Part shown: positions 10,519-20,600 of the stretch, piece by piece
Layout of the letters: each line of letters starts with the position of its first letter
Numbering within the stretch: position 1 is the stretch's first letter
Source: Candidatus Moanibacter sp.
GTDB lineage: Bacteria; Verrucomicrobiota; Verrucomicrobiia; Opitutales; UBA2987
NCBI GenBank assembly: GCA_965215885.1
Contig: CBDCEW010000101.1
Span: 32,001-96,000, forward strand
Direction: 5' to 3'
DNA: 64,000 nucleotides
Position numbers and translations under genes: made by a program
Notes under the pieces: model-generated
What the model saw: only the letters and a program-made list of their open reading frames with translations
What the model was told of the DNA's origin: nothing
The model's database searches: none

Positions 10519-10690
10519 CGACAAGGTTCGGGACAAGGTTTGCGACGAGGTTTGCTCCGCTTAATTCGAAGCAGTCCTGCGGTGAGCGACTTGAAGTCCC
10601 GTCGAACCCTTTGACCGGCAGGACATTCGTGATCGGATTGAGAAAGCAACGCCTACTTCCCCTGGGTAACCTTGTCCCGAACCTTGTCGA
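10519..10690. repeat. Direct repeat B, closed by inverted 12-mers
   Basis: Second copy of 9660-9770. AACCTTGTCCCGAACCTTGTCG at 10668-10689 is the reverse complement of 10519-10540. Confidence 0.7.
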
Positions 10691-10806
10691 TCACAATACA
10701 TTGAATATCAGCCCCTTCTACTCAGAATCTTGCTCGAAAAACAGGAAGTTGACGGATTGTAGTACGGATTGACACGGATGCGAAAGGGAGGGAGAACGGA
10801 ATGGGC

Positions 10807-12699
10807 CACGGTATTTTGATTCTCGGAGCATTAGGTGATGATATTGATGGCCTTATGTAAGTTAAAGACGAAATCATCACAGAGTGCGGGAGTGGATTCA
10901 GCGCCCATGGAAGACTTGAGGCTGAGAACCAGTTGCCTGCATGCAGCAAGAATTCTGGCTGCGTTATGATTACGGATCATACATCGATCTTCATCGAAGA
11001 AGCGATCCCTGGGGTAATGATTTTTATTTTCGATCGAGCAATGGTTGCGAATTTTCGAGAGGAACTGTTGAGGGCTCAAATCGGCGGGATCGAGACTGCT
11101 TACGTAGTAAGAGCGTTCAGAGGAAGGTTCAGCTTTGTTTGGATAATGGAAGGTGCGTTGCACACAGGCGAACTGGCGGGCATGGGGCAGGCCGGCAGAG
11201 GGAGCGCTTAGAGAATGGGTTGCTATTTGACGTATTTCGAGTCGCCCATGGTCATTGTCCACGGTTTGGTGGAGAAAAAGGGGGTGGAGCTGAAGAGATT
11301 CTGAGCGTATTGATGCATGTTGGGCTGATTGTCTTTAATTTGAATAACATAGTCAGCACTGAGTTCTTCGACGACGATGTGGGCAGTTTCTTTTTGATTA
11401 TGCATGGCGTCGAAGGTGAAGGTGGAGCCGTCCAAAATGGGCATCTTTCGCAAGAGAGTCTGGGCGGCGGTGATCTCGTTGGATTTATCGGCGGTAGCGA
11501 CTTGGGCTAAGGTTTGAGCGCTTTGGTGATCGACTGCGGCCACCAGGTGCAGAGCCTTTGATCCTTCGGTGTTTGTGCCTTTGAGGGTCTTGCCGTCGAC
11601 GGCAATATCGCGGGGCAAACAGCCGTCTTGTAAGCAGATGAATTCGGTGAGGGTTTTATCGAAGAGCTCGGCCTTTACGTTTTGCAAGACCCGATAGAAG
11701 ACATCATAGCAAGGGGCCTTATAGCGGCCTGTTTTGGGGTTTTCCAGGAGCGTAAGGCGCGCAATTGGGCTTGATTGAGATGATGGGCCAGGCGCACGAT
11801 GCCCTTGAGGGTCTGTTTGCCGCACATCGTGCCGAGCACAATCATGCTCAGGACCGTGGCGAGCCGATATCTAAGGCCCGCTTTACGACGGAAGTCTTCT
11901 ATCTGATTGAAGCGTTCCCACAGGCTGCTCATCTGTTCCACTTTGAGGCAGACCGCATGGGAGTTATCGGTTTCATTGAGCGCCTGGCTCTGTGCCGCGG
12001 GCAATGGCCCTGAAGCGCGCAAAAGCTCAAGGGCATTAGCCTTGAGGGGTTTGACCCAGATCTGCTTGGGACGCTCATGGCGTTGATAGAAATCTTCGCG
12101 TTGGCGGCCATATCCCGCGCTCAAGCCCAAGGGCGTCCACCCGCTCGCTTCGTAGCAAGTGCCCCGGTGAATCTGTGGGTCCACGAACGTTTCCGCTACT
12201 AAGGGACGATAGCCAAAAGCCTCCTGCCAGTGATCGGCTAAGACTCTCAGGCACATACCCAACGTCTTGGAGGCCAAATTTGCAAGATCCACCCCGGGCA
12301 AAATCAGAAAACGCCGGTTCTGTACTACCAGTTTCAATCGTGCATGCCGTTGCGCCCCGTCCCACCCGATCCATTCGTCTCGATCCTTCAGCCGGTAGGA
12401 TGCGGCCCCCCACAAGAGCAGGCCCATCCATTGCCCGTCGATCTGCGCCACATAGCGCAGGGTCTCTCCTGCGCTGCCCGCACTGTGTAAATAATGATGT
12501 TGTTTCAATAGATCATTGAATCGCTCCTGCTCTTCGGGCAGGACCAGACGCAGAGTTAAACGATCTATCGAAGGATTCAGTTGGTAAGATTTTTTGTCTT
12601 TCATCCCATCTTAACATGACTGATTCCCTCGGGTTTGTTTAGCTCTTTTTTTATCTTCTTGCTTATCAGCTAGTTGCTTCCTGGAATCCTTTTACCCTG
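10807..12699 (-). mobile_element. ISAs1-family IS with a DUF4338 N-terminal domain
   Basis: Perfect 10-bp TSD CGGAATGGGC (10797-10806 and 12700-12709). Ends CAGGGTAAAAGGATTC and CACGGTATTTTGATTC. Confidence 0.9.
10831..12604 (-). CDS. DUF4338-ISAs1 transposase split over three frames (11675-12604, 11223-11825, 10831-11262)
   Basis: DUF4338 motifs HHYL, NRRFLILP and ETFVD. ISAs1 DDE motifs IAVDGKTLKG, KSNEI, TFDAMHNQ and IENKNHYPRD. Frame changes at about 11740 and about 11275-11284. Confidence 0.85.
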
Positions 12700-12701
12700 C
12701 G

Positions 12702-12794
12702 GAATGGGCGTCCCAGCACCGAGAGGAGTTGACGGACAACTTGAATCGAGCTAGACTTGGTCAGGATTTTACTAAAATTGCCCCCTTGATTGAG
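12702..12794 (+). pseudogene. DUF4160 toxin C-terminal relic
   Basis: EWASQHREELTDNLNRARLGQDFTKIAPL resembles the DUF4160 C-terminus and lies directly before DUF2442. Confidence 0.55.
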
Positions 12795-13085
12795 ATGGAT
12801 CTAAGCCGTTTTCATGTCGTTTCCGCCCATCCGTTGGGTGATCGTAGAGTTCGTCTTTCCTTTCGAGATGGGACAGAAAAGGAAGTTGATCTAACTTCCT
12901 TCCTTGCTGGACCGGTTTTCGAACGGGTGCGAAATGATAAGGGTGTATTCGAATCAATGGTCATTGAAGGTGGAACTATCTGCTGGGAAACCGGAGCAGA
13001 TATTGACACAATAGTTCTCTACTTTGGCAGCCAAGAGGAAGCCGAACGGCACCTCTCGCACAAGGCGGATCAGGCAACCGTATAA
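12795..13085 (+). CDS. DUF2442 domain protein (putative antitoxin)
   Basis: VRLSFRDGTEKEVDL...GPVFE...GTICWETGADID motif. Confidence 0.85.
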   Translation: MDLSRFHVVSAHPLGDRRVRLSFRDGTEKEVDLTSFLAGPVFERVRNDKGVFESMVIEGGTICWETGADIDTIVLYFGSQEEAERHLSHKADQATV

Positions 13086-13265
13086 ACGCAACGGCTATCT
13101 TCGACGTTCAGTTTCCATATCCATGCTCTTCAACCCATCCCGCGGCTTCCTCGAATTCCCGGCTTGCCGGGACGAGACTGCCGAATCCGTTGGGCCTTTC
13201 TCTTCCATTCGTGCTTGCCTCGGGGAAGCTCTGCCGAATGGCACGTACCTGTTTAGCGTGTCTGA

Positions 13266-13458
13266 GGCTGCCCCGGTCTTGTGCCGGGGTGGCGCACGTT
13301 CCGGGCTACCGAGATCTGCCCCCATTCCCTCTCCCGGCGATTCTCCCGCTTGCCCAGTCCCTGGGTGGGGGAGAATCGCCGGGAGAGGGGTATGGTATTC
13401 CCCTCGTCTTATGTAGCTGAGTAAGCGAGCGCCACCCCGGCACAAGACCGGGGCAGCC
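13266..13458. repeat. Nested fold-back element with 30-bp perfect outer IR and 21-bp perfect inner IR
   Basis: GGCTGCCCCGGTCTTGTGCCGGGGTGGCGC (13266-13295) pairs with 13429-13458. CCCTCTCCCGGCGATTCTCCC (13327-13347) pairs with 13369-13389. Confidence 0.85.
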
Positions 13459-13574
13459 GGCAACGTATAGGATGACGCTAAAAAAATACAACGGCAGAGC
13501 GAAGACGGGTCCAATCGCGTTTCCAGCTTAGCGGGATGCTTTTCCTCTTCTCTTTAATCTCGCTGGGTTCAATT

Positions 13575-14098
13575 CCCCGAAGCTTGCTTCGGCTTTAGTG
13601 GTATATGATGATAGCGGATGGGAAGTCGTTACATCCACAAAAGTCACAATGTATCGGTGCTGATGTATCATCTGGTGTGCGCAGCGAAGTATCGTCGAGT
13701 TGTGATGAGTGAGCGTGTGGACGAGGTTCTGAGGGCAACCTGCATCGAGATTGAAAAGCGCGGGGAGATTGTCTTCTTGGAAATAGGATTAGATCGAGAC
13801 CATGCACACTTTCTGATCCAGTCGGTGCCGGCTTACAGTCCGACGAGGATCGTTACGACGGTGAAGAGTGTAACTGCGCGCGAAGTGTTTGCGAAAGCAC
13901 CGGAGGTGAAGAAGCAACTGTGGGGCGGAGAGTTCTGGGGAAAAGGGTACTTCGTAAACACGGTGGGGCAACACAGCAGCGAGAGCGTGATCGCGGCCTA
14001 TATCGCGAATCAAGGTGAGGAGGCAAATTACCAGCGATTGCATAAAGGGCAGTTGGAGTTGGGATTATTTTGAAAATGCCTCGGGGCTTGCCCCGAGG
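13575..14098 (+). mobile_element. IS200-like element (tnpA only) with subterminal hairpins
   Basis: Hairpins CCGAAGCTTGCTTCGG (13577-13592) and CCTCGGGGCTTGCCCCGAGG (14079-14098) bracket tnpA. Confidence 0.85.
13618..14073 (+). CDS. tnpA: IS200/IS605 family Y1 transposase
   Basis: YHLVCAAKYRR, DHAH (HUH), LWGGEFWGKGYFVNTVG and YIANQ motifs. Confidence 0.95.
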   Translation: MGSRYIHKSHNVSVLMYHLVCAAKYRRVVMSERVDEVLRATCIEIEKRGEIVFLEIGLDRDHAHFLIQSVPAYSPTRIVTTVKSVTAREVFAKAPEVKKQLWGGEFWGKGYFVNTVGQHSSESVIAAYIANQGEEANYQRLHKGQLELGLF

Positions 14099-14117
14099 AT
14101 CTTTACTCCGTAGTTTG

Positions 14118-16661
14118 ATGAAAGAACCGCTCATGAGATTCGTTCACACCTCTCTAGCTGTTGCCGGTTTTATCGCGACAACACCGCAAAGCGCACGCTC
14201 TGAGACCTCGCAGGGGGCAGGCGAGGTCCGAGTACTCGCCATGCTACCTGAATTCCGCCTGACGAACCAGTCGGGCGAGGCATACGGGAGCAAAGAACTG
14301 CAGGGTAAAACCTGGATTGCCAATTTCATCTTTACCCGTTGTCCGGCGACCTGCCCGAGGCAGACGCGAAACCTGGCCCAATTGCAGCAAAAACTAGCGA
14401 CGCGTTCCGACTGGAGCGGGATTCGGCTGGTCAGTTTCACGGTCGATCCCACCTATGATTCACCGGATGTTCTGCAAAGGTATGCAGCGAAGTACGGCAC
14501 CGATCCGGAGCACTGGCATTTTCTCACGGGCTCGCGCCGGGAAATTTGGGAATTGAGCAAGAACGGGTTTAAACTGCCCGTCAGTGAAGCGCCGGCGGAT
14601 GCGGACTCACCGCTGCTTCACAGCCGTTACCTCGTCCTGGTCGACTCGAAGGCCCGTGTCCGCGGTTTCTACGATGGATTGTCGGAGGAGGGATTGAGCG
14701 ATATCAGCCGCGACTTGGAGACCGTCGCGGGCGAGGACAAAGGGGGAGTTCTATGGTCGGCGCCGGAGGCTGCGGTGACGGCAACAGCCAGCGGAGAGGT
14801 GGCGATTCCGTCGACTATCACGGACCCCCCGTGGCTCGAAATACGCCGGCAGTCGCAGTTAAACACCGTCTGGGAGTTTGAAGTGTTTCATGATTTCAAG
14901 TTCCTAGACGAGCGGGAGGCGAGCGGTATCCGCTTCCTCCATCGCGTTGTCGACGATGCTGGAAAGACTTACAAAGCGGTGCACTACGACCACGGCAACG
15001 GTATCGCCATAGCCGACGTGGATGGCGACGGTTATCAGGATATCTATTTCACAAACCAGGTCGGCAGTAACCAGCTGTGGCGCAACCGGGGAGATGGTTC
15101 CTTTGAAAATATGACCGACCAGGCAGGAGTTGCGGTGGCCGATCGAATCAGCGTCACCGCCTCCTTTGCGGACATTGACAATGACGGTGATCCCGACCTC
15201 TACGTGACCGCTGTTCGGGAGGGAAACGTGCTCTTTGAAAACGAAGGCAGGGGAAGTTTTAAGGAAATCTCGGAAGCTTCCGGTCTCGGCTATAAGGGAC
15301 ATTCCTCAGGGGCGGTATTTTTCGATTATAATCTTGATGGTTTACTGGACCTTTTCCTGACCAATGTTGGCCAATACACGACCGAAGAGCGGCGCAAAGT
15401 GGTCCACGATGCCACCACCCGAAGGCACGAAGCCGGGGATTTCTATTTTTACGATGGACTGAAGGATGCTTTCGGGGGCCACCTTAAACCGGAGCGGACG
15501 GAGCGAAGCCTTCTCTTCAAAAACACCGGACAGAACCGGTTTGTGGACGTCACGGAAGAGACCGGCCTGGTCGATACTGGCTGGTCGGGCGACGCCAGTC
15601 CGATCGATGCGAATTCGGACGGATGGCCGGATCTCTACGTGCTGAACATGCAGGGGCATGACCACTACTACGAGAATGTGGAAGGCCGGAAATTTGTCCG
15701 GAAAAGCCGGGAGGTATTCCCCGCCACACCCTGGGGTTCGATGGGTATCGAAGTCTTCGACTACAACAACGACGGCCGGATGGATATCTATATTACCGAT
15801 ATGCACTCGGATATGAGTGAAAACGTGGGGCCGGGAAAGGAGAAATTAAAGGCCAATATTCAGTATACCGAATCACTTTTAGACCGTAAGGGGATCCCGA
15901 GCATATACGGTAACGCAGTTTTTCAAAACGAGGGCGACGGCAATTTCAAGGAAGTCTCTGATGTTATCGGCGCTGAGAACTTCTGGCCGTGGGGTCTGAG
16001 TGCCGGCGACCTCAACGCCGACGGCTGGGAGGATGTATTTATCGTTTCGTCGATGAATTTCCCGTTTCGATACGGGATCAATACCGTTTTATTGAATAAT
16101 CGGGGTGAGAGTTTCCTCGACAGCGAATTTATCCTCGGGGTGGAACCCCGCCGAGACCACCGCACCACCACACCGTGGTTTGAGCTCGATTGTTCCGGCG
16201 CGGATAAGGATAACGTTTACTGCGAAAATCTGGAAGGACGGGTAGTAATAACCAGCGCTTTAGGCTCACGTTCGTCCGTGATCTTTGATGTGGAAGGTGA
16301 TGGAGACCTCGACATCGTAACCAATGACTTCAATTCCGAACCCATGGTCCTCATCAGCAATCTGACGGAACGACGGGAGATTCATTACCTGAAAGTGCGG
16401 CTCGTTGGAACGACATCCAACCGGAGCGGTCTGGGGGCAACCGTTCGAGTCACCGTCGGTTCAAATACCTACACCAGGGTCATGGACGGGCAGTCCGGTT
16501 ACCTATCGCAAAGCATTTACCCGCTCTACTTCGGACTCGACGGCGCCTCGACGATCGACCGGATAGAAGTGGACTGGCCCTCGCGGAAGCAATCGGTGCT
16601 CGCCGGCCCGATTCAAGCTAATCAACTGAGGGTCATCGAGGAACCGCTAGCAGAGCAGTAA
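14118..16661 (+). CDS. SCO1/SenC domain fused to FG-GAP (CRTAC1-like) repeats and a C-terminal ASPIC/UnbV domain
   Basis: FIFTRCPATCP and LLHS (SCO). Repeated DxDxDG..D motifs. YLKVRLVG...GATVRV...SGYLSQS...YFGL...IEVDWPS (ASPIC). Confidence 0.9.
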   Translation: MKEPLMRFVHTSLAVAGFIATTPQSARSETSQGAGEVRVLAMLPEFRLTNQSGEAYGSKELQGKTWIANFIFTRCPATCPRQTRNLAQLQQKLATRSDWSGIRLVSFTVDPTYDSPDVLQRYAAKYGTDPEHWHFLTGSRREIWELSKNGFKLPVSEAPADADSPLLHSRYLVLVDSKARVRGFYDGLSEEGLSDISRDLETVAGEDKGGVLWSAPEAAVTATASGEVAIPSTITDPPWLEIRRQSQLNTVWEFEVFHDFKFLDEREASGIRFLHRVVDDAGKTYKAVHYDHGNGIAIADVDGDGYQDIYFTNQVGSNQLWRNRGDGSFENMTDQAGVAVADRISVTASFADIDNDGDPDLYVTAVREGNVLFENEGRGSFKEISEASGLGYKGHSSGAVFFDYNLDGLLDLFLTNVGQYTTEERRKVVHDATTRRHEAGDFYFYDGLKDAFGGHLKPERTERSLLFKNTGQNRFVDVTEETGLVDTGWSGDASPIDANSDGWPDLYVLNMQGHDHYYENVEGRKFVRKSREVFPATPWGSMGIEVFDYNNDGRMDIYITDMHSDMSENVGPGKEKLKANIQYTESLLDRKGIPSIYGNAVFQNEGDGNFKEVSDVIGAENFWPWGLSAGDLNADGWEDVFIVSSMNFPFRYGINTVLLNNRGESFLDSEFILGVEPRRDHRTTTPWFELDCSGADKDNVYCENLEGRVVITSALGSRSSVIFDVEGDGDLDIVTNDFNSEPMVLISNLTERREIHYLKVRLVGTTSNRSGLGATVRVTVGSNTYTRVMDGQSGYLSQSIYPLYFGLDGASTIDRIEVDWPSRKQSVLAGPIQANQLRVIEEPLAEQ

Positions 16662-16877
16662 ACAGTAGACAGTGATCAGTATCGACACCTCGTGCTCAAT
16701 ATTCGTCACTGTCTTCTGTTCACTTTTATCCACTGTCTCTTTCACTTCCTCCCCCATTGGATGCCAATGCTCCCTTGCTGCCTGCAACTGATTTTCGCGG
16801 TTTAATTCCACATCATTAATAGGTGCGTTGATCCGTATTGACAGTTTAGACTTGGGTCGGAATAGTCAGCTAAGAGC

Positions 16878-17111
16878 ATGAGCACAGAACAGATTCTCAG
16901 TGAAGCCTTATGTCTTTCCCGTCAATCCAGGGCATTGATCGCCGAAAAGCTTCTTGTGAGTTTGGACCTCGGGGATGACTTCACCGTCAGTGAAGAATGG
17001 CGGAAGGAAATCAGAAGTCGCTGCGACGAGTTAGATCGCGGAGACGTGGAGTTGGTCCCTGGCGAGCAGGTGTTCGATGATGTATCCAAAGCCTTGGGAT
17101 GCGACTCATAG
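16878..17111 (+). CDS. Addiction module antidote (TIGR02574-type)
   Basis: EALCLSRQSRALIAEKLLVSL...WRKEIRSR...GDVELVP. Overlaps a ParE-like gene. Confidence 0.85.
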   Translation: MSTEQILSEALCLSRQSRALIAEKLLVSLDLGDDFTVSEEWRKEIRSRCDELDRGDVELVPGEQVFDDVSKALGCDS

Positions 17112-17401
17112 GGTTTCATCCGGAGGCTCGCTCGGAATTCCTGGAGTCGGCGCGGTACTACCAAGCCCAACAGGAAGGCTTGGGACATCGATTCGTCGAA
17201 GCCGTTCGGACCGCGATCGGCTTGGTCCAGAAATACCCTGACCTATATCGCGAAGTTGAACCTGGGGTTCGGCAGTGTCGAGTCGTTCGGTTTCCATACG
17301 GCATCATCTACCGGCGAAGAGCTGATGGGTTTGAGATCATCGCCGTGATGCATCTGCATCGTCAGCCCGGTTACTGGCGGATAAGGATGGAGGGAGACTG
17401 A
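17099..17401 (+). CDS. ParE/RelE family toxin
   Basis: FHPEARSEF...RFPYGIIY...IIAVMHLHRQPGYW. Confidence 0.9.
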   Translation: MRLIGFHPEARSEFLESARYYQAQQEGLGHRFVEAVRTAIGLVQKYPDLYREVEPGVRQCRVVRFPYGIIYRRRADGFEIIAVMHLHRQPGYWRIRMEGD

Positions 17402-17552
17402 AGTACACACCAGCATTCTTAATCTTGCCCTGAAACTCCTGATGCTAGAATCTGTCTATGAATGAACCCCGTGGCCTCAAACGGCTTCAAACGTGAGGGG
17501 TGTGAATTTGAACCATGATTCCCGTGAAAAAGCCGTCGTTGCGGAACTGTCG

Positions 17553-17630
17553 GCCAACCTGCCGTACGGCAGGTTGGCTACAAATATCAACGACTTACGA
17601 AGCTGGGTAGCCGCGTTCGCAAGAACGTGG
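17553..17630. repeat. REP-IHF-REP cassette 1 (two different GTAG-REP hairpins)
   Basis: Reverse complement of GTAGCCAACCTGCCGTACGGCAGGTTGGC, then TATCAACGACTTA (17585-17597), then GTAGCCGCGTTCGCAAGAACGTGG. Confidence 0.8.
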
Positions 17631-17666
17631 AGGTTTTTCCGTTGGGGTAAACCTGGTGAATAAGAA

Positions 17667-20600
17667 GTGAAATTCCCAGCAACATTTGAACCTCGGAATT
17701 CCAGGTTGGCCAATTCTGCAGTGGCCTTGATTGCGCTCACGGGCTGGCACATTCTACCCGCGGGTGAACCATTGGGGATCGGTGCCGATCAATCTTCCAG
17801 TGGCACGCCCGGCGCCGACTCCCGGTCCCCGCTGTTTACGTTGATGAAACCCACGGAGACGGGGATTGCCTTCACGAACAAGGTCTACGAGGACGATGAC
17901 AATCATCCGTTTGGTTATACCTATTTCTATAATGGGGGAGGTGTGTCAATCGGCGACATCAACAACGACGGGCTCTCCGATCTCTTTTTTACGGGAAACA
18001 TGGTGCCGAACAGGCTCTACCTCAATAAAGGCGGTTTCGTTTTTGAAGATATAACCGATCGGGCCGAGATAGGTGAAGCGGGAGGTTGGTCGAACGGGGT
18101 CACGATGGTCGACATCAATGCCGACGGCTACCTCGATATTTACATCTGCCGTTCCTATTACGTAAAGAATCCAGCCCTGCGGGAGAATCTCCTCTACATC
18201 AATAACGGCGATCTGACATTTCGCGAGGAGGCGAAGGCCTACGGATTGAATGATCCCGGATTCTCCGTCCAGGCGGCCTTCTTCGACTACGATCGCGACG
18301 GCGACCTGGATATGTACCTGGGGAATCACTACAACAATATCGAAGGGTACGATCGGAAAATCGTGCGGCAGGAGAGGATCGCACCCGACTTTGTGGGCGA
18401 CCGGTTGATGCGCAATAACGGCGACGGAACCTTTGACGATGTCACAAAGGAATCGGGCATCGAAAACATCGGGTGCGCGCTGGGCGTCGGGATCGGCGAC
18501 ATGAACGACGACGGATGGCCGGATATCTACGCGGCAAACGACTTTCTCGTGTCGGATGTGTTCTTTATCAACAACGGCGACGGCACGTTTACCGAATCCA
18601 TTCATGCGGCCCTGAAGCATTCCTCGTTTTTCGGAATGGGCTCCGCATTAGCCGATTTCAACAATGACGGCCTTCTCGACATCGCCGTAACGGACATGCT
18701 GGCGGCGGATAACTATCGGGAGAAGACGATGATGTCGGCGATGGATGTGGAAGGCTTTCGGAGACTCATCGAGTCCGGTTTTCACCACCAGTACATGCGC
18801 AATACGCTGCAGCTGAACAACGGCAACGGCACCTTCAGCGAAATCGGCTACCTCGCCGGAATCGCCCGGACGGATTGGAGCTACAGCGTCCTGCTGGCGG
18901 ATTTCGATAACGACGGATGGAAAGACATGTTTGTCGCCAACGGCTACCGGCGGGACGCCCGGGATGTCGATGCTACCAATGTGTGGACGGGTGTTGTGAA
19001 GCGGCAGGGAATGAAGTTTCGACGCGGGCAACTGAGAGAACTCCTCGATCTCCTGCCGGTGAATCGGTTGTCGAACTACCTGTTCAGGAACAACGGCGAT
19101 CTCACCTTCTCCGACCGGACAGCCGAGTTCGGGCTCACGCAAAAAAGCTTCTCAAACGGCGCCGCTTACGGTGATCTCGATAATGACGGCGATCTGGATT
19201 TGGTCATCACCAACTTGATGGATCCCGCATTCGTCTACCGGAATGATTCCGAGAGCCGGAAAGGAGGAAACTTTCTGCGGGTGCGTTTAAAGGGGTCCGC
19301 TTCCAATCCTGCGGGCATCGGAGCCAAGGTGAGAATCGCTCACGGTGGCGGGATACAGCACCACGAACTTCACGTTACCCGCGGATTTCATTCGTCTGTC
19401 GAGCACGCCCTCCATTTCGGGTTGGATGATGCCGCGCAAGTCGACTGGTTGCAGGTTACCTGGCCGGACGGCCGCCTGCAGGAGATCGGTTCGGTGGGAG
19501 CGAATCAGGTCATTACGGTTAATTACGCAGACGCGCTTGAACCCCCTGCCGGGGCCGGCAGTTTCGTCGCAGAAACCTTGATGAAAGAGGTGACGGTTGC
19601 AGTCGAGGTGGCGTTTGCGCATCGCGAGAATGACTACGATGACTTCATCAAAGAGGTGCTGCTGCCGCATAAGATGTCCCAGTTCGGTCCAGGCGTCGCG
19701 GTCGGGGACGTCAACGGGGACGGGCGGGACGACTTCTACGTTGGGGGAGCGGCGGGACAGGCCGGAAGGCTTTATCTTCAGGACAGCGAGGCCCGGTTTC
19801 GGCAAGCCGGAAGAAGCCCATGGATAGGCGATGCGGGATTCGAGGACTTGGGCGCGCTCTTTTTCGACGCGGATGGGGACAGGGATCTCGACCTCTATGT
19901 GGTGAGCGGGGGCAACGCATTCGCGCCGGATTCGCATCTCTACCAAGACCGCCTCTACATTAACGACGGCGCGGGTCGGTTTGAGAAAAGCGCGGAACGG
20001 CTCCCGGCCGTCACCGCCAGCGGGTCCTGCGTCGCGGCGGGAGACTATGACGGCGATGGGGATCTCGACCTGTTCGTGGGAGGGCGCGTCCATCCCGGCA
20101 AATACCCCTTCCCGGCGAGGAGCTACGTTCTGAATAATGACGGGGGTGTCTTTGCGGATGTTACCGGCGATGTGGCGCCCGATCTGCGGGAGCCGGGCCT
20201 GGTGACATCGGCGGTGTGGAGCGATTACGACAGTGACGGCGCCCTCGACTTGATCGTCGTCGGAGAATGGATGCCCGTCAGCGTCTTCCAGAACTCCGGT
20301 AGCCGACTGATCGAAAGGACAGCGGACTACGGCTTGGAAAAGACAACCGGTTGGTGGAACGTTATAGAAACAGGCGATTTCGATAACGATGGAGATAACG
20401 ATTTCGTTCTCGGGAATCTCGGGTTGAACTACAAGTACAAGGCCACCGAAGCGGAACCCCTGCACGTCTACGCGCATGACTTTGACGAAAGCGGGACGTT
20501 AGACATCGTCCTTGGGTACTACAACCAGGGGATTTGCTACCCGGTGCGGGGTCGGGAGTGTTCCTCTCAACAGATCCCCCTCCTGAAAACCCGGTTTCCC

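Noticed and set aside
11675..12604. Druantia anti-phage system (DUF4338 is also labelled DruA)
   Set aside because: The domain is part of an IS with a TSD, and no other Druantia genes are present.
13618..14073. RAYT responsible for the GTAG-REPs
   Set aside because: The motifs and end hairpins are IS200-like, and no GTAG-REPs flank the gene.
19287..20477. 396-aa antisense ORF
   Set aside because: Shadow of the FG-GAP gene on the opposite strand, with no motifs.
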